Origin: Faecalibaculum rodentium
GTDB taxonomy: Bacteria; Bacillota_I; Bacilli_A; Erysipelotrichales; Erysipelotrichaceae
Direction of reading: 5' to 3'
Assembly (NCBI RefSeq): GCF_001564455.1
Contig: NZ_CP011391.1
Location: 2,430,001 to 2,462,000, forward strand
Length of the DNA stretch: 32,000 nt
The notes beneath the pieces are model-generated. The model was not told the DNA's origin and made no database searches. It saw only the letters and a program-made list of their open reading frames with translations. The position numbers and the translations under genes are program-made. Of the stretch, positions 1 through 7,672 are shown piece after piece (within the stretch, counting starts at the first letter, position 1; every line of letters starts with the position of its first letter).

Positions 1-115
1 TGGCGGTATCGACGGCTGTCGGGGCGGAACAGTGTTCTTATTTTTCGGGAATCCTTCTCAAGTGTTTCGTTTCGCCGGATAATACCAGGGAAGAAAGAAA
101 GTAGAGGGACTGGGA

Positions 116-946
116 ATGCTGACGGATTATCATGTGCATTGCGAGTTTTCGGATGACTCGGTATATCCCATGGAGGATGTGGTGAGGGACGCCATTGGCC
201 TGGGGCTGGAGGAGATCTGTTTCACGGATCACGTGGATTACGGGATCAAGGTGGACTGGGACAGCGGGGAGGAAATACGGTGGCGGAATGGCGAGCCGTT
301 TGCGAATGTGGACTATCCCCGGTACTTTGCGAAGATTGCCGACCTGCAGGAGAAATACGGGGACCGGATCCGGATCCGCCGGGGTCTGGAGCTGGGGGTG
401 CAGTCGCACACGATCGATGCGTACAACCGGCTGACGGAGAAGTATCCCCTGGATTTTGCGATCCTGTCGATTCACCAGGTGCATGACCAGGAGTTCTGGA
501 ATGGAGAGTTCCAGGAGGGGCGCACGCAGGGGGAGTACAACGAGGAATACTATCGGGAGATGCTGCGGGTGGTGCAGAGTTTCAAGCACTACAGCGTGCT
601 GGGGCACATGGATCTCATTGTACGGTATGACAAGGCGGGGGTGTATCCCTTTGAGAAGGTGAAGGACCTCATCACGGAGATTTTGAAGGTCGTCATTGCG
701 GATGGAAAGGGCATCGAGCTGAATACCTCGTCTGTGCGCTATGGTCTTTCGGATACGCAGCCGTCGCGGGATATCCTGCGGCTGTACCGGGAGCTGGGCG
801 GGCGGATCATTACCCTGGGGTCCGACAGCCACCGGCCGGATCATCTGGGGGCGCATATCGCTTCGTCGATGGAGCTGCTGAAGGAACTGGGGTATGAGGC
901 GTTCTGTACGTTCGAGAACGGCCGGCCGGTGTTTCATCCGCTGTAA
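116..946 (+). CDS. Histidinol-phosphatase, HisJ/PHP family
   Basis: N-terminal DYHVHCEFSDDS motif and overall PHP-domain pattern (FTDHVDYG, LSIHQV, LGHMDL, GSDSH). GAGGGA-type RBS sits upstream of the ATG at 116. Confidence 0.8.
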   Translation: MLTDYHVHCEFSDDSVYPMEDVVRDAIGLGLEEICFTDHVDYGIKVDWDSGEEIRWRNGEPFANVDYPRYFAKIADLQEKYGDRIRIRRGLELGVQSHTIDAYNRLTEKYPLDFAILSIHQVHDQEFWNGEFQEGRTQGEYNEEYYREMLRVVQSFKHYSVLGHMDLIVRYDKAGVYPFEKVKDLITEILKVVIADGKGIELNTSSVRYGLSDTQPSRDILRLYRELGGRIITLGSDSHRPDHLGAHIASSMELLKELGYEAFCTFENGRPVFHPL

Positions 947-1080
947 GGGCTGAGTCTGGCTGGGCCGGCATCGGCTGTGGCTGGCTTGCTGAAGCGGGCT
1001 GCGGGTTTGGCTGCAGGGACGGAATCTGGCGGGAACAGCCGGCGGGAATATCTGGAGGAATATACAGAAGGAGACTCAGC

Positions 1081-1916
1081 ATGCTGAAACTGGAACTGGT
1101 GCTGCAGGGAACGGGTCTGTCTCCTGCAGAGAGCGGTGTGAACAACTATGTCCTGTCCCATGTGGATGACCTGATGCACATGACGATCCGGTCGCTCGCG
1201 GAGGCGTGTTACACAACACCGACGACGGTGATCCGGTATTGCCGGAAGATCGGGTATTCTGGCTTCGAGGAATTCAAGATCCGGATCCGGCAGGACCTGA
1301 GCCGGTCTGATTTCGAGAGCTACAGCATCCGGCGGGGGAGAAGCCCGTGGAGGTGATCAACAAGCTGCGGGTCATGCACGCGGATGTCATCAGCAAGACC
1401 GTGGACCTGATTTCCATTGGCCAGCTGGAGGCGATCGTGCGGCGGATCCGGGAGGCGAGTGTGGTGGATATCATTGCGTTTGACGTGAATGCCGCCCTGG
1501 CGGATTATGCCAGCCAGTATTTCTTTCAGGTGGGCAAGATCTGCAATGTGTATGAGGACATCAACCAGCAGCTGATGCTGGCGATGTATGCCCGTCCGCA
1601 GGATCACGTGATTTTCATTCTCTCGCGCTCGGGTCTATCCCCGCGGGTACTGAAGACATGCCGGCAGCTGAAGGCCAACCGGCAGTATGCCGTGGCGGTG
1701 ACGGGGCAGCCGGGGGACGAGCTGAACTGTTACTGTGCACATGTACTCCATGCGCTGTTCAAGGATGATTTCCGGGAGATGGGGGATCTGACGTTTTTCA
1801 CCTCCGCGAAGTTTCTCTTCGACTGCCTGATCAATTTGTACTGCACGGCGAATTACGACGAGGTGCTGGAGAAGGAAAAGCGCTACAACGACCTGTACAT
1901 CGAGGAGCCGTTCTGA
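1081..1916 (+). pseudogene. RpiR/MurR-family transcriptional regulator (HTH_6 + SIS), split by a frameshift in a G5 run
   Basis: ORF 1081..1356 encodes the RpiR HTH (TIRSLAEACYTTPTTVIRYCRKIGYSGFEEFK). ORF 1347..1916, in another frame, encodes the SIS domain (ILSRSG...AVTG). The frames join across ggggg at 1334-1338; one extra G would give ...SIRRGEKPVEVINK... and a single protein of about 279 aa. Confidence 0.75.
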
Positions 1917-1923
1917 GAAGGAA

Positions 1924-1985
1924 AAACCGCCTGTGGCGGGGATGGACGAACTTGTGTCTGTCCCGCTGCAGGCGGTTTTTTTGTG
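1924..1985 (+). terminator. Rho-independent terminator after the RpiR gene
   Basis: aaccgcctg ... caggcggtt stem followed by a T7 run, immediately after the stop at 1916. Confidence 0.6.
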
Positions 1986-2019
1986 TTGTGTTCCGGGTGG
2001 TGTGGGGAGATTGGGAGAC

Positions 2020-2042
2020 TGCCGATGATGGATGGGAGGGGC
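2020..2042 (-). repeat. Copy 1 of the CCATCATCGGCA element (left inverted repeat of the ATPase module)
   Basis: Plus strand reads TGCCGATGATGGATGGGAGGGGC. The 12-mer is perfect, and 19 of 23 positions match the reverse complement of 3627..3649. Confidence 0.7.
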
Positions 2043-2128
2043 AGTTCCTGAAACGCGGATGGAGGGCTGCGCTGGGTCTGTACGATGAATCAGCTGCAGG
2101 ATGGTCCCGATAGGCGGATGGAAGGCTG

Positions 2129-2290
2129 TATCCGGCGGAATTCGTGCGGTGTATAACCGACAAAAGTGGTGGATTCCGGAAATTTGTCGGTTATAACCGA
2201 CAAAAGTATGAAAACGAGGAATTTTGTCGGTTATACTGGACAAAAATCAGATTCCGGGGAGTTTTGTCGGTTATAATAGATAAAATCAGA
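2129..2290 (+). repeat. Four tandem 40-bp repeats, each carrying a 22-26 bp palindrome (TTTGTCGGTTATAACCGACAAA core)
   Basis: Rows of 40 nt starting at 2131, 2171, 2211 and 2251 align column for column. Unit 2 holds a perfect 22-bp palindrome at 2183..2204. Palindrome centres fall at 2153.5, 2193.5, 2233.5 and 2273.5. The last unit contains TATAAT (2272..2277), about 50 bp before the ATPase ATG. Confidence 0.85.
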
Positions 2291-2327
2291 GTGCTGATGA
2301 CGTGTCCGGACTGAAAGGAGAGATGAC

Positions 2328-3539
2328 ATGATTCCAAGAGAACTATACATGAAGCAGATTCGACCATTTATCGATCAGGATGTCATCAAGGTTCTGACCG
2401 GTGTCCGACGGTCGGGAAAATCTGTGCTGCTTTCACTGATTCAGGAAGAACTGAAATCCAGAGGTGTTTCTCCCTCACAGTTTGTCCGTTTCAATTTTGA
2501 ATCCTTTTCCAATGAGAAGTTCAAAACTGCCGCATCACTCTACGAGGAACTCATGGACAGGATTTCTCATACAGATCAAAGAGTCTATTTCTTTTTTGAC
2601 GAAATCCAGGAAGTCAAAGACTGGGAAAAGTGCATCAATTCTCTGCGTGTAGACTGTGACTGTGATATCTATATCACCGGGTCAAACGCAAAACTGCTGG
2701 CAGGAGAACTGGCCACATACCTGGGCGGACGGTATGTGGAAATCCGGGTGATGCCGTTTTCTTTCGGTGAGTACATGACTGCACAGAAACAAAAGAACTC
2801 CCGGCTTTCTCTTTCAGAATCATTTCAGAACTACCTTGTGTTTGGCGGAATGCCCTTTCTGACCAATCTCTCAGGCCAGGCGGATTCTTCCCTGCAATAT
2901 CTGAAGGATATTTACAACTCTATATTGCTGAAGGATGTGATCCAGCGTCACAATTTTCGGAATACAGATCAGGTTGAGCGGATTATCCGGTATCTTGTGT
3001 CCAACATCGGCCAGCCATTCAGCGCTGCCAGCATTGCGAAATACATGAAAAATGAAGGACGCAAGATATCACGGGAATCCATACTGGAATACCTCAAAGC
3101 GTGTGAAGAGGCATTTCTGATTGAAAAAGTCCCCCGTGAAGACCTTGTGGGGAAAAAGCTGCTGACAGTGAATGAAAAATACTATTTGACAGACCACGGG
3201 TTCCGGGAAGCTCTTTTTGGATCCAATCAGCGGGATATAGGGCAGGTACTGGAAAATATTGTCTGCCTGGAGCTTCGGAGACGGGGGTTTGAGGTGCATG
3301 TGGGGAAGGCCGGGGACAGAGAAGTGGACTTCACGGCATCGCGCAGCGGGAGAAAACTGTATATACAGGTAGCGTATCTTCTTGCTTCGCCGGAAACCAT
3401 AGAACGCGAATTTGCGGTTCTGGAGAGCATTCCGGACAATTACCCGAAGCTGGTTCTCTCCATGGATGAAATTGACTTCAGCCGAAACGGAATCATCCAC
3501 AAAAACATTCGGGATTTCCTTCTCGAAGATGTGATTTGA
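2328..3539 (+). CDS. AAA+ ATPase of the AAA_14/DUF4143 (COG1373) family with a C-terminal PD-(D/E)XK-like domain
   Basis: Walker A GVRRSGKS and Walker B-like YFFFDEIQ are present. C-terminal LENIVCLELRRRGFEVHVGK..REVDF..YIQVAY resembles a restriction-endonuclease fold. AAAGGAGAG RBS. GC is markedly lower than in neighbouring genes (about 40 percent in sampled stretches). Confidence 0.85.
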   Translation: MIPRELYMKQIRPFIDQDVIKVLTGVRRSGKSVLLSLIQEELKSRGVSPSQFVRFNFESFSNEKFKTAASLYEELMDRISHTDQRVYFFFDEIQEVKDWEKCINSLRVDCDCDIYITGSNAKLLAGELATYLGGRYVEIRVMPFSFGEYMTAQKQKNSRLSLSESFQNYLVFGGMPFLTNLSGQADSSLQYLKDIYNSILLKDVIQRHNFRNTDQVERIIRYLVSNIGQPFSAASIAKYMKNEGRKISRESILEYLKACEEAFLIEKVPREDLVGKKLLTVNEKYYLTDHGFREALFGSNQRDIGQVLENIVCLELRRRGFEVHVGKAGDREVDFTASRSGRKLYIQVAYLLASPETIEREFAVLESIPDNYPKLVLSMDEIDFSRNGIIHKNIRDFLLEDVI

Positions 3540-3626
3540 CAGGTTGTATTTTTTATAAGAGGGACAAATTTCCAGACAGAATCCAGGAGAGCGCCTGTTG
3601 CAGGGGGTTCTCCTTTTTCGGTTTAC

Positions 3627-3649
3627 GCCCCTTTCCCCCATCATCGGCA
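3627..3649 (+). repeat. Copy 2 of the CCATCATCGGCA element (right inverted repeat of the ATPase module)
   Basis: Reads GCCCCTTTCCCCCATCATCGGCA. It lies in the convergent gap between the ATPase and cupin genes. Confidence 0.7.
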
Positions 3650-3723
3650 TGAATGAGTATGCGAAAAAACGGTCTGCGTTTTCCGCAAACCGGTTCGTGG
3701 GGGTCTGGTTCGGGATCGGTCTG

Positions 3724-4389
3724 TCACGCCTGATCCGGGAGTTCCATGAGGAGGGCCATGGTGAAGGGACCATCGGCGTAGACTCTGTGGCGGCCGCCGG
3801 CTGCGAACTTGAAGTTTTCGCCGGCATGCATCAGGTGTTCCTGGCCTTCGTAGCCAATGACGCCTGTGCCGTCGAGTCCAAAGAGCAGGGCTTCGCCGGG
3901 CGCAGCATGTTCACTCAGTCCGGTGCCTTCATCGAAGGACATGAGGACAAACTTGAGTCCGGGGTTTGCGGTGAGGTCCATGTTCACAATGCGCCCGGGC
4001 TGAACCGGCACACGGTCCTTGAGGACAAAGGGTTCATTCAGGGGCAGCGAGGAATTGAAGGACCCTGCGTGGAGCGTGAGCTCGAGATACACCACATCGG
4101 CATCGGATGCAAATCCCGCCAGGGTGCCGGGTTCCAGGATCAGGGCTTCGCCGGATTTCAGGGGAATTTCCTGTTTCTGCCGGGGTTCCTGTACGGTGAG
4201 GTTTCCGGAAAGGACCAGGATCAGTTTTGGCTGGCTGTAGGTCTCGGCACTGATGTCTGTATCTGCGGCCAGAGAGAATACCGTGGCGGTCGCGGCATCC
4301 GAGGCAATGAGGTCTCCGGAAATCGTGCATCCGGGGACGGGTTTGTATGTATCGGTGAGAGAGAACAGCTCTCCTGCTTTTGTGTTCAT
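3724..4389 (-). CDS. Bicupin (two cupin_2-like barrels) protein
   Basis: 221 aa with two repeats of the cupin pattern (G.LTV....Q.IPLKSGEALILEPG and G.GVIGYEGQEHLMHAGENFKFAAG..H). AAAGGAG RBS. Confidence 0.7.
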   Translation of the reverse strand: MNTKAGELFSLTDTYKPVPGCTISGDLIASDAATATVFSLAADTDISAETYSQPKLILVLSGNLTVQEPRQKQEIPLKSGEALILEPGTLAGFASDADVVYLELTLHAGSFNSSLPLNEPFVLKDRVPVQPGRIVNMDLTANPGLKFVLMSFDEGTGLSEHAAPGEALLFGLDGTGVIGYEGQEHLMHAGENFKFAAGGRHRVYADGPFTMALLMELPDQA

Positions 4390-4543
4390 GTTTCTTCACT
4401 CCTTTTTGTCCTGCCAATCGGGGATGGTCGCCGCCACGATCCGGTGGAATCTGGGGGCGGGCATCATCATCGGCGGTCCCTGGCATTTGGCCGGGACTGT
4501 TGTGTTTTACGGATTCATCATACTAAGATGCAGGGGACAAGTC

Positions 4544-4559
4544 TGTTGGAATTCCAACA
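4544..4559. promoter_or_regulatory. Perfect 16-bp palindrome TGTTGGAATTCCAACA just upstream of the Crp/Fnr gene RBS
   Basis: Read directly from the sequence. It ends 2 nt before the AGGAGA RBS of the ATG at 4571. Function is not established. Confidence 0.35.
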
Positions 4560-4570
4560 AAGGAGAACAT

Positions 4571-5224
4571 ATGGATACAAAATTTCTTGTCGGAACACGG
4601 CTGTTTCGGGGAATCCGGGAGGAGGAAGCGGCTCACTTGCTGGAGTGCCTGGATGCACAGGAGGCGTCTTTTGCGAAGGGTGACGTGATTTTTCATGCCG
4701 GGACGTCCATCAGCCGGATCGGACTGATCCTGTCGGGAAGCGTGAATATGGTGGTGCCGCTGTACTGGGGGTCGAGCCGGATTTTCGGGCATATGGAGAC
4801 GGGGGAGATCTTCGGGGAGAACTACGCTGCGGTGCCGGGGAAGGAACTGGTGGGGGATGTCGTGGCGGCGGAAGACACACGGGTGCTGTTTCTGGATCTG
4901 CAGAAAGTGTACACGGTGTGCCGCCATGGGTGTCCCTTCCATCACCGGCTGATCGAGAATATGCTTCTGATTTCGGCGCAGAAGAACCTCCAGCTGTCGG
5001 AGCGGATGCTGCATACATCGCCGCGGACGATCCGGGACCGGGTGCTGTCCTATCTCTCGGCAGAGGCCAGGGCACAGGGATCGGGGCATTTCACGATTCC
5101 CTTCGACCGGCAGCAGCTGGCGGATTACCTGGGTGTGGAGCGCAGTGCACTGTCGGCAGAGCTGGGGAAGATGAAGAAGGAGGGTCTGGTGTCATTCCGG
5201 AAAAACGAGTTCACCCTGCCCTAA
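4571..5224 (+). CDS. Crp/Fnr-family transcriptional regulator
   Basis: N-terminal cNMP-binding-like barrel (LF.G....E...LL......F.KGD.IF..G) and C-terminal HTH (RDRVLSYLS...FTIPFDRQQLADYLGVERSALSAELGKMKKEGLV). The start was moved to the ATG at 4571, which has an AAAGGAGAA RBS. The longer track ORF from 4253 overlaps the cupin gene. Confidence 0.85.
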   Translation: MDTKFLVGTRLFRGIREEEAAHLLECLDAQEASFAKGDVIFHAGTSISRIGLILSGSVNMVVPLYWGSSRIFGHMETGEIFGENYAAVPGKELVGDVVAAEDTRVLFLDLQKVYTVCRHGCPFHHRLIENMLLISAQKNLQLSERMLHTSPRTIRDRVLSYLSAEARAQGSGHFTIPFDRQQLADYLGVERSALSAELGKMKKEGLVSFRKNEFTLP

Positions 5225-5228
5225 AGCG

Positions 5229-5251
5229 GCCCCTTTCAGCCATCATCGGCA
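5229..5251 (+). repeat. Copy 3 of the CCATCATCGGCA element
   Basis: Reads GCCCCTTTCAGCCATCATCGGCA; 21 of 23 positions match copy 2. It lies in the convergent gap between the Crp and DUF438 genes. Confidence 0.7.
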
Positions 5252-5272
5252 TGAGTGTGCATTGTCTGCATG

Positions 5273-5336
5273 AAAAAAGAGCTGTCCGCATCTGCTGGAA
5301 GAAGGAGTGTCCGGCAGCGGTGGCAGCTCTTTTGTT
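5273..5336. terminator. Bidirectional rho-independent terminator between convergent genes
   Basis: AAGAGCTG (5277-5284) pairs with CAGCTCTT (5324-5331), and the interior is itself partly paired. An A6 run lies upstream and TTTTGTTGTT downstream. Confidence 0.6.
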
Positions 5337-5337
5337 G

Positions 5338-6852
5338 TTACTGTGCGTGCTGGAAGTGTTCCTTCGCGAAGGTCATGTCCTGCACGGCCTCGAGTGTCCC
5401 GAGGTAGTCACCGGTTTTCGAGCGCACCGCCATGTAGCGGACGTACATCGGCCGCCCGGCTTTTTCAACCCACACCGCGACTTCATCCCGGGTCCCGTTT
5501 TTGAACTCCTGAATGATGTGTCGGACCATGGGCTCGATTTTCGGGGGATGGCAGCTGTAGACCTCACGGCCCAGGGCTGCGAGGGGGCGCTTGAAGGCCT
5601 TCATGTCGGGTCCGTCGTTGAAATACCGGTTGATGTCGTGTCCGTCGACGAAGGTGAGTTCCATGGGGATGGTGTCAAGCATGGCTGTCAGTTCCGGGAG
5701 GGAGAGGCTGCCGCCGGAGATCCGGATGACGCCCTGGCTGAGGACCGGGGCATCGGGTCTCGTGAAGCTTTCGCCGGCTTCCCACATCAGGCGGGGGAGG
5801 CCAAAGATGGCGGGATACTGGCGGCTGTCCTGGTAGATCTGCTGCCAGTCCTGTTCCGTGAAGTGCTGGGCAGCAATGGGGTACAGGATGTTCTGTTCCT
5901 TGTAAATCATTTCCTTTGCCCGCTGGAGAATGGCATCCACGCGGATTTCCCAGTCAGTACCACGGTCCTGGACCGGGACCTTGTCGAGTTTTGCGAGTTC
6001 ATCCCGGATTTCGTCATCCACGGTCCACATCACGTCCGAGGGTCCGGAAATGCCGTAGTTCACCTTCAGGAGCGGGTACAGCAAGTCGCCTTTTTTCGCA
6101 TAGTGCACAGCCAGGTCCCGGATCTCGGAAAGGACCGATGTACGCCGGGTTTCCCTGAATGTGTCCATGAGCTGATCCAGTGCCTGGTTTTCGCGGGTGA
6201 ATGTCTGCAGGGGATGGCCTTCGATGTCCTCAAGCCGGGCGGCCATTTCTTTCCGTGACATCACAGGCGCTGCCTGGGGGGAACCTTGAGCGAGGGACCG
6301 TCGGACAGCGGCTTCGGCATTGGCGATTTTTTCCGCCCGGGTCAAGCCGTGGAAGAGCGCCGAGTGGACATCACAGAGGCGCTGGACTTCCTGAAGAGGT
6401 GTGCCTTCGGCCATGAGTTCCTGCTCCGCCCGCATGATTTCCGCTGCATCCACGTCCTGGAAATTCTTCACAAATTCCTCCTGGACCTGTGCCAGGTCTT
6501 CCCCGGACTTGAGTCTTGCAAGGTAGTCCTTCAAAAGCGCAATGCGGTCCTCTGTCTGAGCCGGCTGTTTTTCTGCAGGAATCCTGTGTTCCGCTTCAGC
6601 GGGCTCTGTCTGTGTTTCTGCTCGGGTGAGTCCCGTGACTTCAAAGCCGTGGTCCTGCAGTGTCTGGACCACCGCTGTCATATCTATCTGTTTGAGTCCG
6701 GCTCCTTTGGGAATGGTCATGATTCGTCCCACGGAGTCGAGCATCATGGGGTTGGTGATTTCCGTGAACCCCAGCCCATGCAGGATATCCTTCAGGTCCG
6801 GGTACTGGTTCACAAGATCGTGAACGGAGTGACGCAAATCGAGTGTTTTCAT
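5338..6852 (-). CDS. DUF438-family protein (DUF1858 + hemerythrin-like + DUF438/PAS)
   Basis: C-terminal signature FVDGHDINRYFN...CHPPKIEPMVRHIIQEFKNGTRDEVAVWVEKAGRPMYVRYMAVRSKTGDYLGTLEAVQDMT is typical of DUF438/PAS. N-terminal DUF1858-like MKTLDLRHSVHDLVNQYP. The start was set at the ATG at 6852, which has a GGAGG RBS. Confidence 0.8.
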   Translation of the reverse strand: MKTLDLRHSVHDLVNQYPDLKDILHGLGFTEITNPMMLDSVGRIMTIPKGAGLKQIDMTAVVQTLQDHGFEVTGLTRAETQTEPAEAEHRIPAEKQPAQTEDRIALLKDYLARLKSGEDLAQVQEEFVKNFQDVDAAEIMRAEQELMAEGTPLQEVQRLCDVHSALFHGLTRAEKIANAEAAVRRSLAQGSPQAAPVMSRKEMAARLEDIEGHPLQTFTRENQALDQLMDTFRETRRTSVLSEIRDLAVHYAKKGDLLYPLLKVNYGISGPSDVMWTVDDEIRDELAKLDKVPVQDRGTDWEIRVDAILQRAKEMIYKEQNILYPIAAQHFTEQDWQQIYQDSRQYPAIFGLPRLMWEAGESFTRPDAPVLSQGVIRISGGSLSLPELTAMLDTIPMELTFVDGHDINRYFNDGPDMKAFKRPLAALGREVYSCHPPKIEPMVRHIIQEFKNGTRDEVAVWVEKAGRPMYVRYMAVRSKTGDYLGTLEAVQDMTFAKEHFQHAQ

Positions 6853-7008
6853 CAGGAACCTCCTTTTTCTCTGTTGTACGGTTCCATGATAGGCGGATTC
6901 TGCGCCTTTGTATGTTGTTTTTCCAACGTTTTTATGATTTCTCCAACAAACTCTCGGCTGATTTCCTGTCCCCTGCCGATGGTGGGTGTTGCTTTCAGCC
7001 TGTTTCAG

Positions 7009-7042
7009 GGAAAACAAAAGCCGGTTTCGACAATAACCGGCC
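7009..7042 (-). terminator. Rho-independent terminator after the 96-aa gene
   Basis: Minus strand reads GCCGGTT-ATTGTCGA-AACCGGC followed by TTTTGTTTTCCC. Confidence 0.6.
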
Positions 7043-7099
7043 TCAGGCTGTCAGCGGTGAACGAGGACACATGTCCACCGGACTTTGTATGCATGTCAT

Positions 7100-7390
7100 T
7101 CAGCAGTACGCTCTGTTCATCCGGAGTCCATATCGTCCGGCTCCCATGTCCAGGGCCATTTTCCGGTAGACCTCTGCGTGAAGGCACTCCGGGTTGATGG
7201 CTGCCGCCTCTTCTTTTTTCTGCTCGGAAACACAGATGCGATCCATATAATACAGATATTCCCCGTGGTGGCAGGTGTAAATCATTGCGCCGATCATGCT
7301 GTCCAGCACGATGCAGTGCACGCCAATGGGCTTTCCGCTTCCTGTCACGATGGCTGCGAATTCTTCGGGTTCCAGGTGTACGATGGTCAT
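7100..7390 (-). CDS. Hypothetical small Cys/His-containing protein (96 aa)
   Basis: Strong RBS (AAGGAAGGAGA) precedes the ATG at 7390, and the gene has its own terminator. It has 5 Cys and several His (HC, CHH, RIC, PEC, terminal C). I do not recognise the family. Confidence 0.55.
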   Translation of the reverse strand: MTIVHLEPEEFAAIVTGSGKPIGVHCIVLDSMIGAMIYTCHHGEYLYYMDRICVSEQKKEEAAAINPECLHAEVYRKMALDMGAGRYGLRMNRAYC

Positions 7391-7530
7391 CTTGTGTCTC
7401 CTTCCTTGCTTGATGCACCATAAGTGTCTCCTGGAGCAGGACAATTTACGATTGATTTGACGCCTTTTCCGGATAAAAGTAATTCTAATCTTGCGAAAAC
7501 AAAAATGTCACTGCTTTCAGTTTTTGTTTC

Positions 7531-7570
7531 CAAAATAAAAACCGGAAATCCCCGCAGACTTCCGGTTTTT
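7531..7570 (-). terminator. Rho-independent terminator after the CDF transporter gene
   Basis: AAAACCGGAA (7538-7547) pairs with TTCCGGTTTT (7560-7569). On the minus strand the hairpin is followed by TTTTTATTTTGG. Confidence 0.65.
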
Positions 7571-7672
7571 GCAGCTTCCTCTTCTTCTGCCTTGCGGACA
7601 GGATCTTGCTCCATGCCCGGGGCTTCACAGCCCGGGTCGTATATCCGGTTTCACTTTGCGTAATCTGTGTGC

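Noticed and set aside
946-1080. GGCTG-rich low-complexity stretch between the histidinol phosphatase and RpiR genes, as a possible repeat element.
   Set aside because: - It consists only of short irregular GGCTG/GGCGG recurrences with no defined unit or dyad.
- This is consistent with GC-rich intergenic composition.
3645-3662. Sigma-54 type promoter (GG-N10-GC) within GGCATGAATGAGTATGC and within the copy-3 equivalent GGCATGAGTGTGCAT.
   Set aside because: - The GG to GC spacing is off by one or more nucleotides in both copies.
- Both sit at convergent 3' gene ends with nothing to transcribe.
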